Below are positions 28,001 to 37,051 of a stretch of DNA of 64,000 nt, in pieces. The DNA is from a virus. Made by a program: the position numbers and the translations under genes. The notes under the pieces are model-generated. The model was given only the letters and a program-made list of their open reading frames with translations. It searched no databases and had not been told where the DNA came from. The DNA is taken from positions 32,001 to 96,000 of IMG/VR virus record IMGVR_UViG_3300014501_000001. One strand, written 5' to 3'. The number at the start of each line of letters is the position of its first letter. Position 1 is the first letter of the stretch.

Positions 28001-28511
28001 CCACCTGTCCTACAACGCCATCTACACGGCGCTGGACAGCCTGTGGGAGTCCAACTCCAACTCACCGGGCGCATTCAAGGCGGACCCGCAGGAGATCGTC
28101 GGCGACGGCGGCGACATCATGCGCCTGTCCAACGACGTGATCTCGGCGGGGACGGCGACGAACTACCGCCTGTTCCTGGAGCAGCAGGAAGTCGGGGGAA
28201 TGCGCGTCGGCGGCGCCGTCAGCGAGTTCCAGAACCCGATCACCCGGTCCATCCTCAAGCTGGTCGTCCACCCCTGGTTCACGCAGGGCACGGCGGCCTT
28301 CATGACCTACCAGCCGCCGATGACCTACTCCCAGATCAGCAATGCCTGGGAAGCCCGAATGGTGCAAGATTACGCCAGTATTGCCTGGCCTGTCATAGAT
28401 GCGACCTTTAGGTTCTCAATCTTCTGGTATGGGGCCTTGATCGCGAATGCGCCATTCTTCTCCGGTTTGCTCCAGGGGCTCCAGATTAGTGACGTTACGC
28501 CCTACTCCTGA
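25074..28511 (+). CDS. Major capsid protein, spliced: join(25074..25772, 27121..27180, 27456..28511), 604 aa
   Basis: AAGGAG RBS; follows the protease; removing two group I introns gives one frame ...NVP|YRFFGISEQLSWLAQFAGQG|FEDIAGLANL... Confidence 0.85.
25773..27120 (+). mobile_element. Group I intron 1 with an endonuclease ORF in the P8 loop
   Basis: P AATTGCTGGAAA, Q AATCAGCAGC, R GTTCAGAGACTA, S AAGATAGAGTCC; P1 GCCU/GGGC with U-G; P10 GUA/UAC; P8 GTTCTGGT/ACCAGAAC; terminal G27120. Confidence 0.92.
26000..27100 (+). CDS. Intron-encoded homing endonuclease (DUF559/Vsr-like) with NUMOD3-like repeats
   Basis: YLVDI...IEADGAQH...D..RD..L...GYRVFRF; repeated SAETRAKIS. Confidence 0.8.
   Translation: MEINNDDWQIMAGQEREEFIRRYVAGEALTSLAREYHHGPATLRAILVSVGVPVRTRPGYAKGRKWSEAQREAHRRTTSTPEHRQKMRAIMLKRLPVMRGAATNSPIERRMQDALMAVGIGFTTQSVLLDRYLVDIEIHQAPIVIEADGAQHTLRIQKAKDAERDTALTAAGYRVFRFTGSEINADAVLCVRRVIDACFLVPDQEPIYEIRTAFTGELHPLWKGGKREFTCEICGVVFMAQPAHRKGPHIYCSMQCNGAAKRGKTASAETRAKISAANRGKERKPPPPFTAEHRAKISAGLKGRPKTAEHAAKVGAAQAGRPKSAETRAKISETLKRRNANQNKIESALHGDMQRPAEMTGPATLF
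27181..27455 (+). mobile_element. Group I intron 2 (275 nt, no ORF)
   Basis: P1 GGGU/GCCC; P3 CGGCAC/GTGCCG; P4 ACGGT/ACCGT; R-like CCGTAGAGAGCA and S-like AAGTTGTGCTCC (P7 GAGCA/TGCTC); terminal G27455 restores the frame. Confidence 0.82.
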
Positions 28512-28676
28512 GCATTCATCCTGTTATGTCCGATTAGGACAGGCAGGGTAGCCGGAGTCTCACAGCGGTGCCGGGCCGGGCGCTCAGCAAGGGCGCCCGG
28601 CCCGAGCCCGCTCCCCAACTTCCCGCACTACCCGCAACAGGGCGGCCATGCCGCCAGTCACCACTACAGGAGGCGC

Positions 28677-28961
28677 ATGGCTCTCTTCGGGCCCGGATCC
28701 GCAACCACCGTCAGCACCGTCGCGACCCAGGTTTACACGCCCACCTCGGGCGGGCTGCAGGTGAACCCGACCGTCATCAACCAGGGACCCAGCACGTTCG
28801 CGGTAGGAACGTCCTCGGTGACCTACGCCACGGGGCTGCTGGTGGCGCCGGGTGACCAGGTGACCCTGCAGGGGCTGGAGATCGCGATCTACGCGATCTG
28901 CAACACGTCGAAGTCGTCGCTGGCCCTGGCGGGGCTGGCGACCGTGGAGTCGGTGGTCTGA
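28677..28961 (+). CDS. Small virion protein
   Basis: AGGAGG RBS; follows the capsid gene. Confidence 0.65.
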   Translation: MALFGPGSATTVSTVATQVYTPTSGGLQVNPTVINQGPSTFAVGTSSVTYATGLLVAPGDQVTLQGLEIAIYAICNTSKSSLALAGLATVESVV

Positions 28962-29070
28962 CCGGGCTCGCGGTTCCCGGCGGCGCATGGTCTCGCCCGC
29001 CGGGGCCGCGCGCCCTCGTCCTGTTCCTTCCTTTCCCCTGCCGGGTGAGTCCCGGAAGCATTGGAGATGC

Positions 29071-29538
29071 ATGTCGCTTGCCGGAAAGAACCTCGCGCCC
29101 GGGACGGTCAGCGAGACCGCGAATATCACGTTCTCGGGGAACGTGGTCATCAGCGCCCAGGGCGGCGCCCTCGACGTCCACGGGGCGACGGGCTTCACCG
29201 CCGTTGCCCTGCAGGGCGGCGGGGCGCTGCCGACGATCACGGGGGTCACGCACTGCGTGGCGTCGGTGCCGAAGGGCCATGACCTGGGCGGGAACTTCAC
29301 GCTCACCGTCGATGCCTCAGGGGTCGCGTCGGGGACGATCGCCACGGTCGTGTTCGGGACGGTGCTGCCTGCTGCCCCGGTGGCGGTGTACGCCACCGCA
29401 TACGACTCGACTACCAGCGTGAACGTGACCACGGTGACGGCGACCTCGCTGGCTACCACGGGGTTCACGGTGTCGAACTCGGGGTCGGTCGCACCCACCC
29501 AGGTCATCAACGTGCAGTATTTCGTGGTCGCCGCCTAA
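29071..29538 (+). CDS. Virion decoration/fibre-like protein
   Basis: GGAG RBS; Thr/Val-rich beta composition. Confidence 0.6.
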   Translation: MSLAGKNLAPGTVSETANITFSGNVVISAQGGALDVHGATGFTAVALQGGGALPTITGVTHCVASVPKGHDLGGNFTLTVDASGVASGTIATVVFGTVLPAAPVAVYATAYDSTTSVNVTTVTATSLATTGFTVSNSGSVAPTQVINVQYFVVAA

Positions 29539-29556
29539 CCGGACAAGGGGAACACA

Positions 29557-30696
29557 ATTCGCATACTCGCCCACAGTAACGCGCCATGGGAGAAATCGGG
29601 CTACGGTACGCAAATCGCCCTGCTTGCCCAGCGGCTGCCGGAACTCGGCCACGAGGTCGTGCTGTCCGCGTTCCACGGGCTCGGCGGATCGCCGCTGGCG
29701 TGGAACGGGATCACGGTCCTGCCCGGCGCGTTCCCCGGTGACCCGTACGGCGCCGGGATCCTGCCGCAGCACCGGGCACGGCACGGCGCGGACCTGATCA
29801 TCACCCTGATGGACGTGTGGGTGCTGGACCCGGCACCGCTGAAAGGCCAGCCCCTCGCCTGCTGGATGCCATCCGACTCCGAGCCGCTCTCGTCAGTTGA
29901 CAGGACGTTCCTGGACGCCTCCGGGGCCATCCCGATCGCGATGTCACGGTCAGGGGAGGCACGGCTCAAGGATGCGGGCTACTCGCCGCTCTACGTGCCG
30001 CACGGCATAGATGTCCAGTTGTTCTCGCCGTCGCCTATCCGGGAGGAGACCAGGGAGATCCTGGAGGCCACCGGGAAGTTCACGATCGGCATCAACGCGA
30101 ACAACAAGGACTCCTTCCGCAAGGGCATGTACGAGCAGATGGCCGCGTTCGCGAGGCTGCACGCGGCGCACCCGGACACGCTGCTGCTGATCCACGGCCT
30201 GGTCCACGAGGTCGGCTCGGTGGACCTGGCGCAGGTGACCCGCAACCTGGGGATTCAGGAGGCGGTGAAGTTCTGCGGGCAGTACGAGTACCTGACCGGG
30301 ATGATCACCAGCCAGCAGGTCGCGAACTGGTACGGGGCACTCGACCTGTACTCGCAGGCGAGCTTTGGCGAGGGCTTCGGGATCACGGCGCTGGAAGCGC
30401 AAGCGTGCGGCGTGCCTGTGGTCACAACCGACGCGGGGGCGATGGCGGAGATGTGCGGCGGCGGCTGGAAGGTCGCCGGGGAGAAGTTCTGGAACCCGGT
30501 GCACAACGCCTGCTGGACCCGCCCGTCGATCGCCGGCATCCACCGGGCGTATGAGCAGGCGTACCAGCGGGGCAAGGCGTACGAGGCCAAGAAGGCTAAG
30601 TGCGTCCCGTTCGCCGCGCAGTACGACGCTGACCGGGTGCTGAAAGAGCACTGGGCTCCCGCGCTCGCCGAGCTTGAGCGGAGGATCACGGCGTGA
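29557..30696 (+). CDS. GT-B (GT4-like) glycosyltransferase, apparent ATT start
   Basis: (M)RILAHSNAPW..GYG N-terminal motif; GEGFGITALEAQACGVPV EX7E motif. Confidence 0.85.
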   Translation: MRILAHSNAPWEKSGYGTQIALLAQRLPELGHEVVLSAFHGLGGSPLAWNGITVLPGAFPGDPYGAGILPQHRARHGADLIITLMDVWVLDPAPLKGQPLACWMPSDSEPLSSVDRTFLDASGAIPIAMSRSGEARLKDAGYSPLYVPHGIDVQLFSPSPIREETREILEATGKFTIGINANNKDSFRKGMYEQMAAFARLHAAHPDTLLLIHGLVHEVGSVDLAQVTRNLGIQEAVKFCGQYEYLTGMITSQQVANWYGALDLYSQASFGEGFGITALEAQACGVPVVTTDAGAMAEMCGGGWKVAGEKFWNPVHNACWTRPSIAGIHRAYEQAYQRGKAYEAKKAKCVPFAAQYDADRVLKEHWAPALAELERRITA

Positions 30697-30992
30697 GTGA
30701 GCGCGAACCCGAGGTCCACCTGCTCAAGGAGGACAGCGCCAAGCCGGGATTGCGGCACCTGCCCGAGGAACACGCGCCCGTTACCACGGTCGCCGCTGAT
30801 CACCCTGTCGCCGTCCGGGAGCCGGGACGCTGCCAGGCATGCCATGCGTTCGCCCTGCTTGAGCGGCACTGGCCGGGCGGGATCCTGCTGCCGGGCCGCC
30901 ACGTTGAGATCTGCGCTGCGTGCCGGGGTCTGGGTGACGAGGAGATCATGCGGAGGCTGCCGGACTGGAGACGGGACGGGGCGAGCACATGA
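30693..30992 (+). CDS. Small Cys-containing hypothetical protein
   Basis: Coupled overlaps at both ends. Confidence 0.5.
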   Translation: MSEREPEVHLLKEDSAKPGLRHLPEEHAPVTTVAADHPVAVREPGRCQACHAFALLERHWPGGILLPGRHVEICAACRGLGDEEIMRRLPDWRRDGAST

Positions 30993-31876
30993 GGGTTCTC
31001 GTAACTGGGGGCGGGGGCTTCATCGGCCGCCACGCCTGTGACGCGCTGACGGCGGCCGGCCATTCGCCGCTGGTGCTCGACCGGCGGCGGGACCGCAACT
31101 GCGGGCATGACGTGATCCTCGGCGATGTCCGGGACGCGACGGCGGTCACGGAGGCGGTCGCGCACTGCGAGGGCGTCATCCACCTCGCCGGGGTGCTCGG
31201 GACGGCGGAGACGATCAGCAACCCGCGGCCGGCGGCGGAGGTCAACATCCTCGGCGGCCTGAACGTGGCCGAGGCATGCGCGCAGTACGGGGTGCCGCTG
31301 GTGAACATCGCGGTGGGGAACTGGTTCGAGTACAGCACCTACTCGGTCACCAAGAGCACCGTGGAGAGGTTCTGCGGGATGTACCGGCGGTACCGGGGCC
31401 TGCCCGTCGCGTCGGTGCGGGCCTTCAACGCCTACGGGCCGGGCCAGTCCGTCGCGGCGCCTTACGGCACGTCGAGGGTGCGGAAGATCATCCCGTCGTT
31501 CATCATGCGGGCACTGCACGGCGAGGCCATCGAGGTCTACGGCGACGGCTCCCAGGTGATGGACATGGTGTACGTCACCGATGTCGCCGCCGCGCTCGTC
31601 ACCGCACTGGAGGGCCTCGCGGCCGGGTGCGTGCCGGATGAGCCACTGGAGGCGGGCACCGGGCGGGCGACGACCGTGGCGCAGATCGCGGAGATGACCC
31701 GCGCCGAGGTGGAACGCCAGACCGGGGTCGCGGGCAAGGTGGGCTTCCTGCCGATGCGGCCAGGCGAGACCCCCGGCAGCGTCGTCCTCGCCAGCGCGGG
31801 CCTGCCCGGCTGCGTCCCGCTCGAGGACGGGCTCGCCCGGACGGTCACGCATTACCGGGAGGCGGCCGGGTGCTGA
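30989..31876 (+). CDS. NAD-dependent epimerase/dehydratase (extended SDR)
   Basis: TGGGGFIG, HLAG, YSVTK, FNAYGPG. Confidence 0.92.
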   Translation: MRVLVTGGGGFIGRHACDALTAAGHSPLVLDRRRDRNCGHDVILGDVRDATAVTEAVAHCEGVIHLAGVLGTAETISNPRPAAEVNILGGLNVAEACAQYGVPLVNIAVGNWFEYSTYSVTKSTVERFCGMYRRYRGLPVASVRAFNAYGPGQSVAAPYGTSRVRKIIPSFIMRALHGEAIEVYGDGSQVMDMVYVTDVAAALVTALEGLAAGCVPDEPLEAGTGRATTVAQIAEMTRAEVERQTGVAGKVGFLPMRPGETPGSVVLASAGLPGCVPLEDGLARTVTHYREAAGC

Positions 31877-32547
31877 TCCACCGGATGTGGCTCGGCCCCC
31901 GCCCCATGCCGGCGCCGTTCCGCGGCTTCGGCAAGAGGTGGCAGGAGCTTAACCCCGGCGCGAAGGTCATCGAGTGGAGCTGGCACAACCTGCCGGAAGA
32001 CCTCGCCAATGACGGCGTGCTGGAGGACATCCGGGGCCGCTGCACCAAAGGCGGCTCGATCGAGATGGCGGTCGCGCTCGCCGACGTGATCGCCTACGAC
32101 CTGGTGCGCAGGTTCGGCGGCACCTACGTGAACTGCGACATCCAGCCGCTGCGCCCCCTGTCCCTCCTCGGCGATGTCATTGCCACCCGGCCATGGGCGT
32201 CCTGGGAGAGCGATGAGGAATGGCGCGGGGTAGTCAACGCCGCGTTCGGCGGCCCGGCCGGCCACCCGTTCTGGGAGTCCGTGGTCACCGAGCTGCTGCC
32301 GCAGCGCTACTGGCGGATGAAGGCGGAGGGCAACGGCATCATCCCCGACGCGACCGGCAACGCGCTGATGGGCGAGGCGATGACAGCCCATCCCGGCGTC
32401 CTGCACGCCTTCCCCCGCGAGACGTTCAACCCGGTGCACTCCACCGAACTGGGGCTGCTGACGCCCTCGTGGATCCCCCCTCCCGGTGCCGTCGCGGTCC
32501 ATTACTGGGATCACAAGCGGACCGGGCGGACCAACTACATCACCTGA
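31870..32547 (+). CDS. GT32/DXD-like glycosyltransferase
   Basis: IHRMWLG, W.ELNPG, FGGTYVNCD (DxD variant), GHPFW. Confidence 0.75.
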   Translation: MLIHRMWLGPRPMPAPFRGFGKRWQELNPGAKVIEWSWHNLPEDLANDGVLEDIRGRCTKGGSIEMAVALADVIAYDLVRRFGGTYVNCDIQPLRPLSLLGDVIATRPWASWESDEEWRGVVNAAFGGPAGHPFWESVVTELLPQRYWRMKAEGNGIIPDATGNALMGEAMTAHPGVLHAFPRETFNPVHSTELGLLTPSWIPPPGAVAVHYWDHKRTGRTNYIT

Positions 32548-32675
32548 GAAAGAGGAAAGGAATCCCGCTGAAAGCGCTGGTCAAGCGGGCCTTTCCGCTA
32601 GAATGTACGTACAGAACCCCCGCGACGGCAGCCACCGCCCGGGGGTCATGGTCAACCTGTAGAAGGCAGGTCAAC

Positions 32676-33419
32676 ATGTCTAGTGTTATTGATCTAACCG
32701 GCCATGTCTACGGACGGCTCACTGTCCTGTTCCGGGCGCCCGATGGGGTCGGCTCAAAGGGGCGACGTCAGATCCAGTGGGTCTGCCAGTGTTCCTGCGG
32801 CAACATCTGCATCATCCAGAGAGGCTGCCTTCGCGACGGCCACACCAGGTCATGCGGTTGCATTTCCCGGGAGAGAAGCAATAGCACCACTCACGGCATG
32901 ACCAAATCCCCGGAACATGTGGCCTGGCGGGCCATGAAGACGCGGTGCTTCAATCCGAATACCGCGAGCTGGCCCGACTACGGCGGCCGGGGCATCACGG
33001 TGTGCCCGCAGTGGCGCAACTCGTTTGAGCAGTTCTATGCAGACATGGGTCCGCATCCGGGGCCGGAATACTCCCTTGACCGCATCGACAACGACGGCGA
33101 TTACGAGCCGGGTAACTGCCGCTGGGCGACCGCGTCGGAGCAGGCCTTCAACAGGACCTACCGCAAGCCTCGCATCTGCCAATGCGCATGCAATCGGGGC
33201 GAAGGGCAATGCGGCAGGAAAAACCGAAGGGGCGAAGAGTCGGTGAACGGCTCTGGACTTGGCGGAATGACAGGCGGTCACGGGGACCAGACCTACCGCG
33301 AGGGACGGGCGCTCCTCGGCCCCGAGGGCATGGCCGGCGACTTCGGCGCCCACTACGGCCAGATCCAGGCGGACGCGGAAATCATCCGGGGACTGCTGAA
33401 CGGGGGAAACGGGACTTGA
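32676..33419 (+). CDS. Free-standing HNH endonuclease, in frame with a downstream small gene (GTG about 33243)
   Basis: DLTG..YGRLTV, C.C.CG, SCGC, YGGRGI.VC, SLDRIDNDGDYEPGNCRWAT. Confidence 0.85.
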   Translation: MSSVIDLTGHVYGRLTVLFRAPDGVGSKGRRQIQWVCQCSCGNICIIQRGCLRDGHTRSCGCISRERSNSTTHGMTKSPEHVAWRAMKTRCFNPNTASWPDYGGRGITVCPQWRNSFEQFYADMGPHPGPEYSLDRIDNDGDYEPGNCRWATASEQAFNRTYRKPRICQCACNRGEGQCGRKNRRGEESVNGSGLGGMTGGHGDQTYREGRALLGPEGMAGDFGAHYGQIQADAEIIRGLLNGGNGT

Positions 33420-33694
33420 GCAAGCGCGTAAATCTGCCCCCTGGCTGCATCGGATTCACTTCCGCTGACGGCACCAAGTCACCCGAGGTCAGGCAGGGCT
33501 CGTCGGTGACCATCTCCGACGAGCACGCTGACCGCCTCCGCAAGTCCGCTCATACATCCATCGGGATGATCACCGTGGATCCGGGGACCGTGATCGGCAC
33601 CAAGGGCGGACGGGTGTGCGCCTCTTGCCGGCGGACGTGGCAGGTCTGGAGCGATTTCTGCCCTAGGTGCGGCCGGCCTACTGAGCCCGAGTAA
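33416..33694 (+). CDS. Zn-ribbon protein (TTG start)
   Basis: CASC...CPRCG; coupled to the upstream stop. Confidence 0.6.
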   Translation: MSKRVNLPPGCIGFTSADGTKSPEVRQGSSVTISDEHADRLRKSAHTSIGMITVDPGTVIGTKGGRVCASCRRTWQVWSDFCPRCGRPTEPE

Positions 33695-33719
33695 TCCCAC
33701 CACCACCGAAAGGAATGCC

Positions 33720-34358
33720 ATGACAGTTTATGCCGCCTCCAGTTTGGACGCGGTTGTCCTCGGCCCGGCTCACGGAGGCTGCTCGGTTCTGCATAGCCGA
33801 CCCGTTGAGAACGGTGCACCCGTCAAGCTCTGGGCACTGACCTGCCCTCAGTGCGAGGACCACCTGCGTCACGACCCCTTGTGGTCGGGCACCATCAACG
33901 AACTTCCCGAGACCTACGACGAGCAGATCGAGCGCGAGCGCCGCGAGAAGAACGCCTCCGCCGAGCAGGAGAAAGCCCTCGGGAACCTCCCCGGCAACCT
34001 GGCGGGAGCCCTCGGCCCGGCCCTCGCGGCGGCCCTGGCGCCCCTCCTGGGGCTCGCGCAGGCGCAGTCAGTCTCCTGCACTGCGGGCCACCCGAACACG
34101 GCGGGCGTGAAGTTCTGCGGGGAATGCGGCTCCCCGATGGGCTCCCTCCCCGGTGCCGTTGTCCCTGATGCGTCCCAGGCGGCGCTGAGCGGCCCGCAGA
34201 GGCCCGCCACGGCCCCGAAGGCTGCCGGACGGGTGAAGCCCTTGAAGGACTGGCGCGCTGACGACCTGCGCGCCGAGGCGAGGCGGCTGGGACTGCCGGC
34301 GGACGGTGACAGGGCTGCCCTGATCGGCCGTATCAAGGGCGCGAAGGTGGCGGCGTGA
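33720..34358 (+). CDS. Zn-ribbon protein with C-terminal SAP/Rho-N-like helical domain
   Basis: AAGGA RBS; C..GH.N....KFCGECG; DDLRAEARRLGL...G.RAALI.RI. Confidence 0.65.
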   Translation: MTVYAASSLDAVVLGPAHGGCSVLHSRPVENGAPVKLWALTCPQCEDHLRHDPLWSGTINELPETYDEQIERERREKNASAEQEKALGNLPGNLAGALGPALAAALAPLLGLAQAQSVSCTAGHPNTAGVKFCGECGSPMGSLPGAVVPDASQAALSGPQRPATAPKAAGRVKPLKDWRADDLRAEARRLGLPADGDRAALIGRIKGAKVAA

Positions 34359-34528
34359 CTTGGCATCCGTTCCGCCGCCGGCTGAGCCGCCAGCTCGCCG
34401 CTACGATCGGCTCCGGCCTCGTGAGCATCGAGGAAGGGCGCCGCATTCTCGGGGACAACCCGTGGGGGTTGCGGCGCTCCCGCTGGCACCGGCTGCGCGC
34501 GTCCCTCTCGTCGCTGATTGCGCCATGA
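34355..34528 (+). CDS. 57-aa protein carrying a portal-like C-terminal peptide
   Basis: GTGA and ATGA coupling at both ends; IGSGLVSIEEGRRILGDNPWGL. Confidence 0.6.
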   Translation: MTWHPFRRRLSRQLAATIGSGLVSIEEGRRILGDNPWGLRRSRWHRLRASLSSLIAP

Positions 34529-34827
34529 GCGAGCCGAAGCCCGGTGTCGGCCGCATCGTCCACTACGTCAGCTACGGCACGCCGGGTGGCGAGTACGGCC
34601 AGGAATGCCGCGCCGCCATCGTCACCGAGACGCTGGAGTTCGAGCCGGGTAGCGCCGAGGAGCATCGCCGGGGTGAGGTCGGCCTGTGCGTGCTCAACCC
34701 GACCGGCCAGTTCTTCAACCGGGGTGTCCCGTTCGGCAAGGGCGATGCTCCGTGTGTGGCTGGCCAGCTCACGGGGGGTTCCTGGCACTGGCCGGCGCAC
34801 GCCGAGCGCGACCCTGACCGGGCCTAG
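34525..34827 (+). CDS. Conserved small phage protein (P.VGRIVHY...AAIVT...WHWP)
   Basis: Recognisable motif. Confidence 0.7.
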   Translation: MSEPKPGVGRIVHYVSYGTPGGEYGQECRAAIVTETLEFEPGSAEEHRRGEVGLCVLNPTGQFFNRGVPFGKGDAPCVAGQLTGGSWHWPAHAERDPDRA

Positions 34828-34835
34828 CGAGGTTC

Positions 34836-35036
34836 ATGGCACGCGGCGGACTGTGCGGACGTTGCGGGGGGCGGCGCAGGGGAAGTCAGGCCCGCGCCGC
34901 CCAGCCCGTAGCCCAGTGCGCTGAGTGCGGCTACGCGATCTGCGAACGGCACGCCAGGTGGGATGCCGACGCGGCCCGGGATGTCTGCTCAGCCTGCGCG
35001 CGGCGGCTCGGCCTGCGGGTGATCAGCCGGGGCTAG
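34836..35036 (+). CDS. Small Cys-rich Zn-finger protein
   Basis: GAGG RBS; several CxxC motifs. Confidence 0.55.
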   Translation: MARGGLCGRCGGRRRGSQARAAQPVAQCAECGYAICERHARWDADAARDVCSACARRLGLRVISRG

Positions 35037-36033
35037 CGCACGGGCTCCGTCTCGATCGTCACCGAGTGCTTGCCGTCCGGGATCACGCTGGTCACGCGGA
35101 CATCGCCAGTCCAGGCGCATCCCGTCACGCGGATGATGTCGCCCTCCTCCACGTCCAGGATGCTGGTCTCGGCTATCTCCCCAGGTTTGCTCATGCCCTC
35201 AGCCTGCCACTACCGTCCACGGCAGGCGTGAACGGCCACCGCCCCGCCTTGATCTCCTCCTGGTACCACCGCACGCACGAAGGGCACCGGTAGCCCTGGA
35301 AGAACGGCATCCAGGGGCCTAGCTCCATGCACCTACCGCAGACTCCCCACGCCGGGTCATCCATGTGCTCGGCGGAGTCCTGGGCTCGGGTGTCCTCGCT
35401 CATCGCGGCACCAGCCAGAGCCGCAGCTCAGCCCTGGCGATCGGGATATCCAGCCCGCTATCCCGGTCGCGCCGTATCTCCCCGGTGATCGTGAACTCCG
35501 GGTGCCGCTCATGCCGGTAGCCGCGATCCTCGGCGGCGATGATGGCCGTCTCCGCGCGCCTGGACAGGGTTGACCGCACCGAGCGCGCCCGGTCCCAGAT
35601 GGCTTCCTGGTCATCGGGCAACGGCAGGTCCGCGCCGGGAAAGGGTTTCACGTAGCCCCTGATTTCCAGCCAGCCCAGCGGGGCCTTTCCCGCGCGGGCC
35701 GCGCCTAGCCAGACCGGCGTGATCATGTCCAGCCACAGGTAGGGCTCCAGCGCTTCCGGCAGGTCCGCGCCGGGGTAGTCCGGGGGCAGCCTCAGCGGCC
35801 CGGGTTTTCTCAGGATCGGCATCCACTCAGCCTGCCACGGCAGCTACCGCATCGATGAGCGCGGTCCATACCTGCCTGATCCCGTCCTCCCCGATGCGGA
35901 CGAAGCGCTCGGCGGTGACGCGGATCTCGGCCTTCATCAGCGAGCCGGGCTCGGCGGGGTCGGGTACTTCCACGCTCACGTAAATGATGGCCGGCCAGTC
36001 ATCCGCCGGTCCTGGTCCTCTTGCGGGAGTCAT
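35033..36033 (-). other. Four counter-oriented mini-genes (35827-36033, 35400-35822, 35191-35403, 35033-35194)
   Basis: Three are preceded by an identical GTGGCAGGCTGAG-N3-ATG. Confidence 0.6.
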
Positions 36034-36095
36034 TCCCTCAGCCTGCCACCATCGCGCCGAGAGCGCCCGGATGCTCGCGGGGAGGTGATGTCAAA

Positions 36096-37047
36096 ATGCC
36101 CGCCCCGTATCAGACGCCAACGCCCTATATCAACCCAGCTATCCTGACTTCTGCCGCGACAGGCATTTTACCCGGTCTCATGGAGCACTATCCCGAACCG
36201 GCAGGCGACCCCCGCTGAGCAACTCAGCGAGCAGTACAACCTGTGCCAGCGCGCGACAAACATGGTCGATTCGGCGGCCAACCAGATTCTCCGCGCCACG
36301 GTCACCACGGAGCAGCTGAAAGGCCCCGGCACTACCCGGTTCCAGATCGACAGCATCGGGAACGCGGCCATCATCCTGGCCCGCAGCCCGATCCTCTCCA
36401 TCCTCGGCGGCCAGTGCGCTCCCGCTATCCCGCCGCTCCAGTGGACGACGATCCCGGCCAATATGTATGTGGTCGATTCGCCTCCCTTGTCCGTTTACGG
36501 CACATCGGTTCCCGCCGACGCGGGCGAGTGGGGGCAGTCCGTCACCCTCGGCGGCGGCTACGTCAGCACCTGGAACGGCCGCGGGGGCTACTTCCTCCAG
36601 ACGACCTACGTGAACGGGTGGCCCCACTGCTCCCTCACGACTGCCTCCATCGCCGGGGCAACCACGATCCAGGTAGATGACTGCACTGGCTGGGGACCGC
36701 CGGCGGGAAGCACCCAGGGAGCGGCCGGGGTCATCTACGATCCGGGCGGCGGGGGGCAGCAGGAGACGGCCACCGTCACGCTGGCATCGGCGACGACCGG
36801 GCCGGGGACGCTGACGATCACCCCGGCCCTGACGTGGCCGCACTCGCAGGGGATCATATTCAGCGGGATGGCCTCAACCCTTCAGTGGGCCGCCATCCTG
36901 TTCGGCGTCGCCCAGGCCCTCACCAGGGGCGCCACGGCGACCACCCCGCAGACGATCTCGCCTGCCGGGATCAGCACCGGCAGCGGGGCGGACGCGCTCA
37001 TGAAGGCCGCGAAGCTGATGGTGCGCGACTTCAAGAGGATCTGGTAG
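36096..37047 (+). CDS. Putative head-to-tail adaptor; frame interrupted by 10 nt (36168-36177)
   Basis: GGAGG RBS; MPAPYQTPTPYINPAILTSAATGI joins SWSTIPNRQ... in the +1 frame; synteny. Confidence 0.7.
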
Positions 37048-37051
37048 CCCG

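Noticed and set aside
32220-32675. N-terminal extension of the HNH ORF in the track
   Set aside because: Overlaps the glycosyltransferase in another frame; promoter and RBS point to ATG 32676.
36168-36177. 10-nt insertion as a remnant intron
   Set aside because: No ribozyme core nearby; the UUA and take-off/landing geometry fit bypassing better.
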